Below are positions 1 through 9,679 of a stretch of DNA of 64,000 nucleotides, one piece after another; the stretch's first letter is position 1, and each line of letters opens with the position of its first letter. This DNA is from Candidatus Bathyarchaeia archaeon (GTDB lineage: Archaea; Thermoproteota; Bathyarchaeia; 40CM-2-53-6). A program made the position numbers and the translations under genes. Under the pieces are notes generated by a model, which was given only the letters and a program-made list of their open reading frames with translations, was not told the origin of the DNA and did no database searches. Where the stretch lies: NCBI GenBank assembly GCA_049517415.1, contig JBEKSC010000006.1, positions 17,228-81,227 on the forward strand, read 5' to 3'.

Positions 1-392
1 AATGAGTAAATGTAGGATTCAGATAATGTGGAGGCCGCAACATATTCTGCGGGTGAGATTGGAAGCCAATTCACGGTATCTGTATTCAGCGATTGGATTG
101 GTTGGCTAATTTCGTACAGAACTCCGAAAAGGATGACGGCGGAGGCAATGCCCACGGGTACTCCTGCCAAAGCGGTTGCTTCGATACCGGTGACGGCTTC
201 TAGGAAGAGTGGGGGGCCCTTCGAGAGCAGTAAATAGCCGGCTAGGCCGAGACCAACAAGCAGCACTAAGTCCACTGCTAGGATTGTACGGGGTTCTCCG
301 AATATTCGGGCCAAGGTCTTGCTTCGTTGAGTTCCTCGAATTTGAGAGCGTGTCAAGACGACGGCAAGCTTGTACACCGTCTTGATTCTCAT
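1..392 (-). CDS. ABC transporter permease, runs off the window edge
   Basis: Manual translation MRIKTVYKLAVVLTRSQIRG...LVLLVGLGLAGYLLL...VNWLPISPAEYV is hydrophobic. Its ATG overlaps the stop of the upstream ABC ATPase (ATGA). Confidence 0.75.
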   Translation of the reverse strand, partial: MRIKTVYKLAVVLTRSQIRGTQRSKTLARIFGEPRTILAVDLVLLVGLGLAGYLLLSKGPPLFLEAVTGIEATALAGVPVGIASAVILFGVLYEISQPIQSLNTDTVNWLPISPAEYVAASTLSESYIYS

Positions 393-1162
393 CGGGTGAG
401 TGCCTCGACGATATCGCGGGTATCAGATGTTCCTGTTAGTTTCAGAAAGACTTCTTCAAGCGTTGAGCCAGATGCCCCTCCTTTAGCCCTAAGTTCCTCC
501 GAGGTCCCTTCGGCCAAGATCTTCCCGTCATACATGATTACGATTCGGTCGCAAATGGCATCGGCTATTTCGAGAACATGCGTACTGAAGATGGTTGGAA
601 TGCCATCGTCCTTCAGTTTATGGATCAGGTCCTTGACTATGCGTGCGCTGCGTGGGTCCAAGGCATTGAGGGGTTCATCCAGAACCAGAATTTGTGGGCG
701 GTGGAGTAGGCCCGCTATAATTGCCAGTTTCTGTTTCATCCCCTGTGAGTAACCATGAATCAGCTCGTTTTCTCGACCTTCTAAGTCTAGGGCCTTCAGG
801 AACTCCGAGATCCGCTCTTGTTTTGCCTTGGCCTCAAGTCCGTGGACGTCGGCAACGAAGTCAAGGTACTCTATCCCAGTCAGAAACTCGTACAGCCTGG
901 GGCTTTCGGGCACGAAGCCAACAATTTTCTTGACCGCGATCGGGTCTTCGGCAACATTCACCCCTTGAACCAAGATGCTGCCAGCGTCAGGTTTCATGAT
1001 CCCTACAATAATTTTCATTAACGTAGATTTCCCGGAACCATTTGGGCCTAACAATCCAAGAACCTGGCCACTATCGACGGCGAAACTGACACCCTTCACT
1101 GCCCTTATGGTGCCGAAACTCTTGGCTACGCTGTCAACCTGAAGTGCTTTCACTAACGCCAT
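389..1162 (-). CDS. ABC-2 type transporter ATP-binding protein
   Basis: Walker A GPNGSGKST, signature YSQGMKQK, Walker B ILVLDEP, H-loop STH. Confidence 0.95.
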   Translation of the reverse strand: MALVKALQVDSVAKSFGTIRAVKGVSFAVDSGQVLGLLGPNGSGKSTLMKIIVGIMKPDAGSILVQGVNVAEDPIAVKKIVGFVPESPRLYEFLTGIEYLDFVADVHGLEAKAKQERISEFLKALDLEGRENELIHGYSQGMKQKLAIIAGLLHRPQILVLDEPLNALDPRSARIVKDLIHKLKDDGIPTIFSTHVLEIADAICDRIVIMYDGKILAEGTSEELRAKGGASGSTLEEVFLKLTGTSDTRDIVEALTR

Positions 1163-1250
1163 TTATCATCCGCCACCCTACTGATCTGTCCTTCCCGGTG
1201 AAACCGAAAGAGCTTAGAAAAACCTCGCGTTCCACCCTCCCGACCCAACG

Positions 1251-1427
1251 TTGAGCACCGCAGCGGCGCAGGATTCGGAAACCAAACCATTATGCAACAT
1301 ACCGTTATGCGGCAGGGAAGCTGATTGGCAGGTCGAAATGTTCGGTAAAGTCGAGTATTACTGTGAGAGGCACCGACCAGGCGTCCCCGAGAAATTCATG
1401 AACCGCCTCAAAAATCAAAGCTCCTAA
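1251..1427 (+). CDS. small putative zinc-finger protein (58 aa, not in ORF track)
   Basis: TTG-start ORF MSTAAAQDSETKPLCNIPLCGREADWQVEMFGKVEYYCERHRPG... with C-x4-C...C-x2-H fills the intergenic gap. Confidence 0.6.
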   Translation: MSTAAAQDSETKPLCNIPLCGREADWQVEMFGKVEYYCERHRPGVPEKFMNRLKNQSS

Positions 1428-1439
1428 TCCATTTTCTTG

Positions 1440-2594
1440 TCAAAGCTTTTCGAGAAACGTATCGATTTCGTGGTCGGTGTTGTAGAAGTGTGGTGAAACC
1501 CTTAACGTGTTCGCTCTTGGCGCGACAACTATGTGCTCTTGTAGAAGCTTCCTCGAAAGCTGTGTCGCATCTTCGACTTCGAATGTAACGATTCCACTCC
1601 TGCGGCCTGCTTCCAGCGGGGAAGTGATCTTCTTTTTCTTCTTTTCCAACCCTTCAACGAGTCGGTTGTTCAGGTGTTCTACGAGAGGTTCGCGTTCTTG
1701 TGGGGTATACTTGAGGGTGAATTCCAACGCGGCCTTCGCGCCCATGACAGCTATGACTGCCCATGTTCCCAACTCGAATCGGGTGGCATCCTCCGCTGGG
1801 GTGACGCTACTAATATCGAAGGGGCGTTCGAAAATTCCTTGTTTGGAACGAACTCTGGCCACGACGGAGTCGGAGATTCCGTGCCATCCAACTACGCCTC
1901 GGTCGAGCTGCTTCAAGGTCTGGCGGCTTACGTAGAGAAACGCTGTTCCATGTGGGCCCATCAGCCACTTGTATGTCCCACAGGTAAGAATATCGACGTC
2001 CATTTTGCGGACATCTACTGGTATGACTCCAGCGGAGTGAAACACGTCGACTAACATTAGGGCGCCGTGGGAATGCGCGATCTGAGTGATAGCCCGTATA
2101 TCTTCTCTGCAGCCGTTTATCCAAGAGACATGATCAAGTGAGACTGCGACCGTTTTGTCATCGATCGCTTTCTCAAAGTCTGAGGTGGGGACTTGACCGT
2201 TCTTCGCCTTTAGGACTCTTACTTCAGAAAGCAAGCCCTTCTGCTTCAAGGCGTGCCAAAGGTACACGTTGGTGGGGAAATTCAATTCGCTCACAACAAT
2301 GTTCTGCCCAGGCTTCAGGGGAAGGGCGTCAGCGATCGCTGCTAGGCCTGATGAAACGTTCGGAATGCAGGCGACCTCATCCAAAGTGGCATTGATGAGG
2401 CGGCCGAAGAGTTCGCGTGTTTTCACGATTTCTAGCAGCCAAGCTTCCCATTTTTCCCCATAATCTCTCCACTCGTCCAGAAACGACCGCATCGCAGCGT
2501 GTACGCTCATGGGTGGGGGGCCTGCTCCCGCATTATCAAGGTACACGTTGCCGGCTAGCAATGGAATCTGTTGCCTAACCTCTTCCACATTCAA
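1440..2594 (-). CDS. class V PLP-dependent aminotransferase-fold enzyme
   Basis: YLDNAGAG, LVDVFHSAG, GTYKWLMGP (PLP lysine), LRVSPHFYN. No catalytic Cys of SufS/IscS. Confidence 0.9.
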   Translation of the reverse strand: MNVEEVRQQIPLLAGNVYLDNAGAGPPPMSVHAAMRSFLDEWRDYGEKWEAWLLEIVKTRELFGRLINATLDEVACIPNVSSGLAAIADALPLKPGQNIVVSELNFPTNVYLWHALKQKGLLSEVRVLKAKNGQVPTSDFEKAIDDKTVAVSLDHVSWINGCREDIRAITQIAHSHGALMLVDVFHSAGVIPVDVRKMDVDILTCGTYKWLMGPHGTAFLYVSRQTLKQLDRGVVGWHGISDSVVARVRSKQGIFERPFDISSVTPAEDATRFELGTWAVIAVMGAKAALEFTLKYTPQEREPLVEHLNNRLVEGLEKKKKKITSPLEAGRRSGIVTFEVEDATQLSRKLLQEHIVVAPRANTLRVSPHFYNTDHEIDTFLEKL

Positions 2595-2685
2595 GCCTAG
2601 GCCATCCCGCGTTTCAAGCGGAAGTGGGGCCGGGTATTAGAGCTTACAGTAGGAAAGAGGCTGATGTGTTCAGCTTCAGTTCGAG

Positions 2686-3876
2686 TTATTCTGTTTTCTT
2701 TGTTTCTTCTTCTGTCTTCTTCTTCGTGTGGTCCGGATGGGAAGTGTGGGTAGTGGTAGAGGTAGTGCTAGTGTGCATCTCTGAAGCAGGTTCTAGTTGC
2801 GTCGCCTTGGGATTCGGAGGATTGTTGGCGCGGCCTCGGCCGACAACAGCGAAGGCGATGATTGCTGCAGCCACGAGTATTGCGAGTATTCCAGCGGCAA
2901 TTGTTAGGTAGAGGACCGTGGAGTCTGCGCGCCACGAAGCTACAGCCGTCATAGGCCGATTCACTTGTACGCTGGTCGTTTGGCTGTTGGATTGAACGTC
3001 ACCCTGCCAACCGTTGAAGATTATGCTAACGCCATAGGACGTGCTGATAGGTGTTGAAACGGAGATTTGGGCTGTGCTACCTGCGTTGTACCAACCTTGC
3101 CCGGAGGGAACACCTTGGTCGCTCAACACGTTAAGGTAGTACTGCTGCGCGTATTCTGAAGTCACAGTGTGGGGCGCATTCATAGTGACTGATAACGAAG
3201 AACCGGATTGGTTGCTTTGTCCATCAACGTTCCATCCCTGGAATACGATTCTGCTTGAACTGTCTCCGACGGGCGGGCTTGCACTATTTACCGTCGCGGT
3301 GTCGCCTGCGTTGTACCACCCTCCACCTTGAGGTGCTGGTGCGCCTTGGGGTTGAGTTTGCACGCTGAGAAGGTACTGCAACTGGTAGACGGCAGTGACC
3401 TTCATCGCTGAATTCACAGTCACTGTCCCGCTATTTCCGACACCGGAGTAATCACCGCTCCAATGGGAGAAAACATACCGCGTGTTCGCGGAGGACTGAA
3501 TGGTGGTCTGAGTAACTGAGAACGACGCTGAACTCCCCTGGTTGAATGTTCCGCCACCAGTCACCGTTGCAAGATTGGCTGGATCAGTTGCGACGGTCAA
3601 AGTATACTGGTACTGGTACGGGCTGCTATAGTAGCCATAGTAGTTGCATGAGTAGCCATAGTTGTAGTACCCATAGTAACAATCATACGGGTAGTAGTAG
3701 CTGTAATAGTACGGGTAGTAGTAGCTGTAATACCACGAGTAGCCGGAATAGTTGTACGAATGATGATGATGCGGAGTATAAGCCGCTACTTGAGCTGTCT
3801 GCCCTGACAATACAACAACAAAAGCGGCCATCACGAGAACTGCAACTGCGAATTTAGGTAAGTAACTCGTTCGCAT
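2686..3876 (-). CDS. membrane-anchored surface protein with His/Tyr-rich N-terminus and three beta-sandwich (InlB B-repeat-like) repeats
   Basis: Signal peptide, PHHHHSY followed by a Tyr-rich tract, repeats of YxLxV...GxGWYxxG...FxxWxG, C-terminal TM helix and charged tail. Confidence 0.8.
   Translation of the reverse strand: MRTSYLPKFAVAVLVMAAFVVVLSGQTAQVAAYTPHHHHSYNYSGYSWYYSYYYPYYYSYYYPYDCYYGYYNYGYSCNYYGYYSSPYQYQYTLTVATDPANLATVTGGGTFNQGSSASFSVTQTTIQSSANTRYVFSHWSGDYSGVGNSGTVTVNSAMKVTAVYQLQYLLSVQTQPQGAPAPQGGGWYNAGDTATVNSASPPVGDSSSRIVFQGWNVDGQSNQSGSSLSVTMNAPHTVTSEYAQQYYLNVLSDQGVPSGQGWYNAGSTAQISVSTPISTSYGVSIIFNGWQGDVQSNSQTTSVQVNRPMTAVASWRADSTVLYLTIAAGILAILVAAAIIAFAVVGRGRANNPPNPKATQLEPASEMHTSTTSTTTHTSHPDHTKKKTEEETKKTE
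3686..3732. repeat. 24-bp-period tandem repeat inside the Tyr-rich coding region
   Basis: tacgggtagtagtagctgtaata at 3686-3708 and 3710-3732, encoding YYSYYYPY twice. Confidence 0.85.
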
Positions 3877-4101
3877 TCTAATCCCGTAGAGTTGCGCTGT
3901 CCCTACTTATTTAGTTATTTGCTGATATGAAGCCTAACTACGCGCTGTAGTACGCGTAGCGAAAAACAGCGGAAATCCCTTGCCTCAGAGGATCGCTACA
4001 CCCCCTAGGGGGGCCTCCGCGCGTGCGCGCCGAAGCGGTGACTGTTGGTATTTCAACTCCTTTTAAGTATGGGTGGGGGCCTCCTTGTTTTGGTGTTTTG
4101 C

Positions 4102-4332
4102 TTGGTTGTCAAGGCATATGTGTTGGTTCAAGCCCAGTTAGGTCGGGCTCGGTATGTAGCCAAAGCAGTCGCTAAGGTTCGGGGTGTGAGGATGGTTCAT
4201 GCGGTAACCGGCATATACGACGTTATCGCATACCTCGAAATGCGTGACATGAATACTCTCTCCGAATTAGTGATGAAGAAGATTCAATCAGTGAAGGGCG
4301 TTGAGCGTACTCACACGGCCATTGTCGTGTGA
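4102..4332 (+). CDS. stand-alone Lrp/AsnC ligand-binding (RAM) domain protein
   Basis: KAYVLV...VHAVTGIYDVIAYLE...IQSVKGVERTHTAIV. Start moved to in-frame TTG 4102. Confidence 0.9.
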   Translation: MVVKAYVLVQAQLGRARYVAKAVAKVRGVRMVHAVTGIYDVIAYLEMRDMNTLSELVMKKIQSVKGVERTHTAIVV

Positions 4333-4333
4333 G

Positions 4334-5146
4334 TTAATCACCACTTTCCTCAAATTCCTCGTATACTCCGTTACTGTTCCAGTTGGGCAAGGAATACTTC
4401 CGAGTGTATAAGCTCGTAAACAATCTCTCTTCATCAGCTCGGAGCCCATCTGCTTCTAGTTTTGCGTTTAGGATTTCTTGAGCAGATTCCTTGAGTTTTG
4501 ACTGAACCTCTTCTACGCTTACCTTCCTTCCTAGAGTTGCCTCCAGAGTGGTTACCGGAAGCCATCGGCTGCGCACGTAATGAGTTGCCTGCTTCTGCCT
4601 GCTCGGAGCAAGAACCGATTCCAGAATGTCAACATTGGTGGAAACCAAAAGTGAGCCATGCCAAAGTGCAAAAACTTTTCCGGAAGCGGCGGCTCCTCCC
4701 GAGATTTTTCTCTCTCCGAGCATAATTGAGTTGGGTGCAAGAAAACTGCCTTTCAACCCGAAACTGCGTAGAGTATCGAGGACAATGGCGGATGCAGTCT
4801 CATTCAGCCTTAGCTTTGTGCATCTCTCTCCTTGTTGAATAACGATTGTGAAATTGAGGTTTCCTTCATCTTGGTACACGGCGCCCCCGCCTGTAAATCG
4901 GCGAGCGATTTGGATGCCGCTCTGCTGGCAGAGGGAAGTGTCAACTTCTGTTGATGCCATTTGAAAGCGGCCGAGAATGACGCTTTGTGGGTTAACCCAT
5001 AGTCGTATCGTTGGTCTAAAGGTGGGAGAAAGCGCGCTGCGAGCCAATGCTTCCTCAATGGCTAAGTTCTGGAACACGGAGCCGTAGCTCTGTTCCAGCA
5101 GCCTCCAATGATCTGAGGCCGTTGGTCCACCTACCAGGGACGGCAT
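4334..5146 (-). CDS. lplA: lipoate-protein ligase A family protein
   Basis: NLAIEEAL, RRFTGGGAVYQDEGNLNF, RKISG, HGSLL motifs. Start uncertain. Confidence 0.88.
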   Translation of the reverse strand: MPSLVGGPTASDHWRLLEQSYGSVFQNLAIEEALARSALSPTFRPTIRLWVNPQSVILGRFQMASTEVDTSLCQQSGIQIARRFTGGGAVYQDEGNLNFTIVIQQGERCTKLRLNETASAIVLDTLRSFGLKGSFLAPNSIMLGERKISGGAAASGKVFALWHGSLLVSTNVDILESVLAPSRQKQATHYVRSRWLPVTTLEATLGRKVSVEEVQSKLKESAQEILNAKLEADGLRADEERLFTSLYTRKYSLPNWNSNGVYEEFEESGD

Positions 5147-5898
5147 CGCGTTATGATCCTTCTTGGAATGAACGGTTCCAGCCTTCGGTTCCTTAGGATT
5201 TTTCCTAGCTTCGGAATCAGCCCTACTGCGTCGGTACCGAGCTTGCATGCAAGGGACTGCAAGGTCAATGTCTCAGATTCTATAGATACCGTGTCCCTTT
5301 CAATCCTCGACTTTTTCACGGCATTTTCGGCTTCGTGGCGAAAACAGTCGGTAATTTGAATGCGGTCTAAGCCGGTTGCAAGCAACGATGAAAATCGTTC
5401 GATCTGGGAGTCTGCAAGCCAACCCTCAACTACTTGTATGTCCGGCTCTAGTCTCGTGAGTCGAACCGTTGTCCGGGTGCCGGGGACGAGGCAGTATGCG
5501 TTTATGATTTCGTTATTTCGTAGGGGTTTTCCATCTCCGAGTTGCGCGCGTAGGGTGGCGAGCCCTATTTTGACGTTCATGGGCCTTGGTGTTTCTACGC
5601 CGATATCGATCTCGAGGCAATCATCTGTCTCTCCGCTGACAATTCCTTGGTAAACTCCTTGCGCCTCCAGATTGGCGGCGTTTGTGTGGGCCTGGCCAAG
5701 GTCACGACATAATAGCTCCCTTAGAATATCTGAATCTTCACCTTCCAAGTCCAACCTCGCCCAACCATTCCGCGAGAATCCATCAAGTCTGATAGAAGCA
5801 CCCAGTTCACCCTTCACAGCGCGAATAGCCTTGTCTAATTCCGCCTGGAAATCTTTCGCGGTGAATTGGCCTGGTCTTTGCAGGATTATGAGTTTCAT
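5131..5898 (-). CDS. DUF2110-like conserved archaeal protein
   Basis: Lies directly downstream of tfe as in many archaea. GED...L and DIG motifs. Confidence 0.6.
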   Translation of the reverse strand: MKLIILQRPGQFTAKDFQAELDKAIRAVKGELGASIRLDGFSRNGWARLDLEGEDSDILRELLCRDLGQAHTNAANLEAQGVYQGIVSGETDDCLEIDIGVETPRPMNVKIGLATLRAQLGDGKPLRNNEIINAYCLVPGTRTTVRLTRLEPDIQVVEGWLADSQIERFSSLLATGLDRIQITDCFRHEAENAVKKSRIERDTVSIESETLTLQSLACKLGTDAVGLIPKLGKILRNRRLEPFIPRRIITRCRPW

Positions 5899-5913
5899 TG
5901 GGCACAGCGTTTC

Positions 5914-6453
5914 TTATCTGCTGAGTTCGGCCTCCAGCCTTTCAATCTTGGATTCTAAGACGGAAACCATATCCGCATTCTCAGAGCTTTCCAACTGGTT
6001 CCCGCATTTTGTGCACTTGAAAGAAGTCTCCATCGCATCTTCAAAGGTGACGCGGACGTCGCTGTCGGTCTTACATATGAAGAAGGTGTGAGCTCGTTCG
6101 AAGCTAAGCCTTTGCTTCAACTTGTCCAACGCTCGTTTCTTCCGGCTTCGGATAAACGCATCTAACTGGTCGGGCTGAAGCCTCCAGTAGAAAATGAACC
6201 AACCAGTCTTCTCATCTCTCACGCGTGTGCATGAAACCAAGCCGTGGTCGTAAAGCTTGTAGAGAATCTTTCTAACCGTGTTCAGCCTTACTTCTTTGTT
6301 GAAACGGGTCTTACAGTCGTTTGTAATTATTTCATCAGTTCCTTCACCGACTGCCTTTAGGCTGTTGACAACGGTGACGGCTTCCTCGCCTCCGAAGAGG
6401 TTTGCGACCTTAATGAGTTCCTCATCCAAGACTGACAATGCCATGACCGCCAA
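5914..6453 (-). CDS. tfe: transcription factor E alpha subunit
   Basis: Winged helix VRKILYKLYDHGLV...RDEKTGWFIFYW plus zinc ribbon (FKCTKCG). Confidence 0.95.
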   Translation of the reverse strand: MAVMALSVLDEELIKVANLFGGEEAVTVVNSLKAVGEGTDEIITNDCKTRFNKEVRLNTVRKILYKLYDHGLVSCTRVRDEKTGWFIFYWRLQPDQLDAFIRSRKKRALDKLKQRLSFERAHTFFICKTDSDVRVTFEDAMETSFKCTKCGNQLESSENADMVSVLESKIERLEAELSR

Positions 6454-6567
6454 GTGAATGTTTATGTTTCTAGCGTTTCACTTCGCATTAACTCTTTGTC
6501 GCGGTGTTTGACGCGTGGGCAACTTTTATACGAACCTGCCTCGTCTAGCCTTCGCGGGCCGTCTAGA

Positions 6568-6756
6568 ATGAAGGAAACGGTTGCCACATTGGGCTTCGTT
6601 CTGTTCTTCGTAGGCTCAATGATGGATATCGCTGGCTCAACCTCAGTAACACAAGGTGGAACCCCCGCACCGCTCTACTTTAGGGTAGGTATAATCGAAC
6701 TATTCGGGTCTCTTATTTTTCTGGTCGGAATCTACCTCATCATAAAGACTCGGTAA
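6568..6756 (+). CDS. small two-TM membrane protein
   Basis: MKETVATLGFVLFFVG...LIFLVGIYLIIKTR, two hydrophobic segments. Confidence 0.55.
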   Translation: MKETVATLGFVLFFVGSMMDIAGSTSVTQGGTPAPLYFRVGIIELFGSLIFLVGIYLIIKTR

Positions 6757-6767
6757 GCCGGGTTGAA

Positions 6768-7322
6768 ATGCCCACAAAGAAGTCTCGACGGAAATCCCGC
6801 GTGATGGTCCTCCGACTTGGACATAGAATTCCAAGAGACGCCCGGGTTACTACCCACGTGTGTTTGACCGCCCGCGCCCTAGGCGCAGATGGCATCTACA
6901 TCTCCGATGTTCATGATAGGGAGCTCGTTGAAGGAGTCAACAGAGTCGTCGATGGTTTCGGAGGGCGCTTCATCATCGATGATGGGAAGCCATGGAGGTC
7001 AACCGTTAATGAGTGGAAGCGCGCGGGCGGGAGGGTTGTCCATTTAACCGCTTACGGTATGCCGCTACCTAAAGTCGTATCGAAGATTAGGCGTTCTAAT
7101 GCGGACAAATTGGTCATAGTCGGGGCAGAAAAGGTGCCTGGCGAAATTTACGGTTTAGCAGACTGGAACGTCGCCGTGACAAATCAACCGATTAGCGAAG
7201 TCAGTGCATTGGGCATCTTCTTAGACTGGCTGTTTGGGCACCGCCGGCTTGAGGACCGGTACGCAAGCGCACGAATTCAGATAATTCCCACTGCGCATGG
7301 AAAAACTGTCATCGGGAATTAA
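6768..7322 (+). CDS. trm56: tRNA (cytidine56-2'-O)-methyltransferase
   Basis: VLRLGHRIPRDARVTTHVCLTARALGA, VVHLTAYG, VGAEKVP, NQPISEV. Confidence 0.95.
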   Translation: MPTKKSRRKSRVMVLRLGHRIPRDARVTTHVCLTARALGADGIYISDVHDRELVEGVNRVVDGFGGRFIIDDGKPWRSTVNEWKRAGGRVVHLTAYGMPLPKVVSKIRRSNADKLVIVGAEKVPGEIYGLADWNVAVTNQPISEVSALGIFLDWLFGHRRLEDRYASARIQIIPTAHGKTVIGN

Positions 7323-7831
7323 TTGGTATCCGTAGGCTTCTGTTTTTCCTTTACCCGAATTATGTCGCCTAGGGTGAACTCCGCAGGGGCAGCCATCTTG
7401 AGAGCAGGCGTCGCCTTGCGTGGAACCAACAGCTTGATCCTAAGCTCATGCTCCAACTCTCTACACAACCGTGAGTCAGGAGCGATCTTGCCGGTCTCGA
7501 TCTTCTGTATTACAGACAGTCTTTCCTTAACTCTCCCGGCAAGTTCCGCTTGGGACAATCCCATCTTCATGCGACGGCTCCTAACCAAGTCTGAGTAGTT
7601 GTCTGCAACCTCCGACTCCTCCATTCCTCTTGGCAATTCTGGGGCTCTCCGATGAATTGCACGGGGCATTCGAAGCGTGCTGCGCGCCAATGGCCGCGTG
7701 GGAACCGGTCGTTCTTCTTGGTATGGTATGCCTAGGTGCTGGCAACTTGAGCAAACAAGCATCTTTGCTCCTTCAACACGCACCGTGAAAGCAGGACCAA
7801 CGATCACATTTCCGCAGATATCGCAGTTCAA
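7319..7831 (-). CDS. mbf1: archaeal multiprotein bridging factor 1 (zinc ribbon + HTH)
   Basis: CDICG...VEGAKMLVCSSC, HTH LSQAELA...IQKIETG, C-terminal TLGDI. Confidence 0.92.
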   Translation of the reverse strand: MNCDICGNVIVGPAFTVRVEGAKMLVCSSCQHLGIPYQEERPVPTRPLARSTLRMPRAIHRRAPELPRGMEESEVADNYSDLVRSRRMKMGLSQAELAGRVKERLSVIQKIETGKIAPDSRLCRELEHELRIKLLVPRKATPALKMAAPAEFTLGDIIRVKEKQKPTDTN

Positions 7832-7906
7832 GAGACAGCTACCACCGTCGCTTGCGCGAACTAGAAATTTAAATTGGCTTATTTGTATAACGTCGAAGCA
7901 GAGAAC

Positions 7907-8425
7907 ATGTATCCTCCCTCCCTAGCTGAACTTCGAAAATTGATTGGTATAGCGAACTACCAATTTGGAGAGGGAGTAGGTCACGCTCTGTTCAATAATC
8001 AGGTTCGGATCGAACGCTCAAGGCGGACTGGAAGGGTTCGGCACATCTATCGAGATGGACATTTGATTGCAACCCTGCGCCCTACGGACGGCTACCTCGC
8101 CTTAACCCCCAATGGCGCACGTATACTATTATCAAAAATCAAGACCCTAAGGAACCTAGTCGTAGTCCAAACGGACGTCTCCGACGTCGTTAGAAGTGGC
8201 GGGGACGTTTTCGCAAAACATGTTGAACGTGGTGATTCGAGCATTAGACCCGCGGAAGAGGTTATCGTTATTGACGAACAAAAAGCGTTGGTCGGCGTCG
8301 GAATTGCTGTTCTGAATGGGCATGAGATGATGCACTTTAGGAGGGGGGTTGCTGTGAAGCTGCGGAGAGGAGTTGATGAGTCTTCTGAGAGCCAGGCGAC
8401 TAATGGCTCAGGGGTCCTCGACTAG
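7907..8425 (+). CDS. PUA-domain RNA-binding protein (archaeosine TGT C-terminal-like)
   Basis: IANYQFG, SRRTGRVR, ATLRPTDG, DVFAKHV, RGVAVKLR. Confidence 0.85.
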   Translation: MYPPSLAELRKLIGIANYQFGEGVGHALFNNQVRIERSRRTGRVRHIYRDGHLIATLRPTDGYLALTPNGARILLSKIKTLRNLVVVQTDVSDVVRSGGDVFAKHVERGDSSIRPAEEVIVIDEQKALVGVGIAVLNGHEMMHFRRGVAVKLRRGVDESSESQATNGSGVLD

Positions 8426-8621
8426 CTTCGCTTAGGGGTCTTGTGCCTGACAATAAGGGAAACTGCAATCGAGAAGGTTAGTGCGAATACAAATCACGTA
8501 ACGTTCGCAGCAGTGTAAGCTCCATGCGTTGAGTTTGCTAGAGGCCGTTGAGTCTTCAAACTCGAGTAATTCGCGAAACTCTTATTGTGTTGCGCTAATC
8601 AAGCTTTAGCGATGAGAGGAA

Positions 8622-9011
8622 TTGGCGTATAAAGCATTGAAAGCAGCCCGCGGTGCGCCGAGCGGCCGTGATGCGATGCGCATGATGCAGAAAATGGGAA
8701 TGAAAGTTGATGAGGTTCCGGCAGTTTCTGCAGTCATCATAAAGACAGCTGGGAGGGAAATCGTAATCGAGGAACCCAACGTAACTTTAGTCACAGTCCA
8801 GGGACAGGCGATGTATCAGATAGCAGGCGGCCGAGTGTCAGAATCCTCGATTGAAACGCCCATTCAAACGGCTCCGTTGGAATCGGACGTTCAGCTAGTG
8901 GCACAGCAGACAGGGAGGTCGTTAGAGGAAGCCAGGAAGGCTTTAGCAGAAGCTGGCGGAGACCTGGCGAAGGCAATCTTGACTCTTAAGGGTCAGACAT
9001 CTACGGGCTAA
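8622..9011 (+). CDS. nac: nascent polypeptide-associated complex protein
   Basis: MRMMQKMGM NAC domain and C-terminal UBA (DVQLVAQQTG...GDLAKAIL). Confidence 0.93.
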   Translation: MAYKALKAARGAPSGRDAMRMMQKMGMKVDEVPAVSAVIIKTAGREIVIEEPNVTLVTVQGQAMYQIAGGRVSESSIETPIQTAPLESDVQLVAQQTGRSLEEARKALAEAGGDLAKAILTLKGQTSTG

Positions 9012-9679
9012 GGCGCAAGTATTGGCGCTTCGATGACTTCAACTTTAGCCATTCTACTTTTAATTCGTTTCAATCTGAAGAAGTCTTCGCGTTCCGCTTC
9101 TTCAAGGTGCATTTCAATATACCGTATTGTGCCCACCATTCGTGGGATTACAACGTATTCCAATGAATTTACGCGTCTCTTAGTCGCAGCTATCGCTTCG
9201 GCCAGCTTTTTGACCGCGGCTTCGGCACTGGATAGTTCCGCTATTGCTTTGATAGCCTCAGCCATTCTCAGCGTTGCTTGATCAAGTTCTATGGATGTGT
9301 CATAGGCATTGTACGGGAATCCATTTAGGGGCTTTACATTCACTTGGATATATGGGATTGTGACGCCAATCACATTTCTTGTCTTCGTCTCTATTGAAAA
9401 TCTATCATCAACACCAATTGAAGACTGCTGAAGTCTGGTGTAACCCATTGCCATTTGAGCTGCAACGAAATCGTCGTAGGCCTCGGCCAACAAGTTCTGT
9501 GCTTTGCTTCGGAGGGCAGTAATGTCGCGGACGAACTGAAAGAATTCAATCATCAAGGCGTCGAGCTTCTCTCTAAGAAGGTCGCGTCCCCTTTCTGCAA
9601 TCTTCCTTCTCTTCCGTAGCGTGAGAAGTTCCATTCGGGTTGGGTGGACGCCGGCAATCAGTTCGGGGATCACGTTCAC
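9008..9679 (-). CDS. atpD: A/V-type ATP synthase subunit D
   Basis: PTRMELL...[32 protein letters not shown]. Confidence 0.96.
   Translation of the reverse strand: MNVIPELIAGVHPTRMELLTLRKRRKIAERGRDLLREKLDALMIEFFQFVRDITALRSKAQNLLAEAYDDFVAAQMAMGYTRLQQSSIGVDDRFSIETKTRNVIGVTIPYIQVNVKPLNGFPYNAYDTSIELDQATLRMAEAIKAIAELSSAEAAVKKLAEAIAATKRRVNSLEYVVIPRMVGTIRYIEMHLEEAEREDFFRLKRIKSRMAKVEVIEAPILAP

Noticed and set aside
1440-2594. Calling this a cysteine desulfurase
   Set aside because: The C-terminal catalytic Cys loop is missing, so only the fold is supported
3938-4035. GC-rich short hairpins (CTACGCG/CGCGTAG, CCCCCTAGGGGG)
   Set aside because: They are short, match no RNA family I recognise and may be chance or terminator-like
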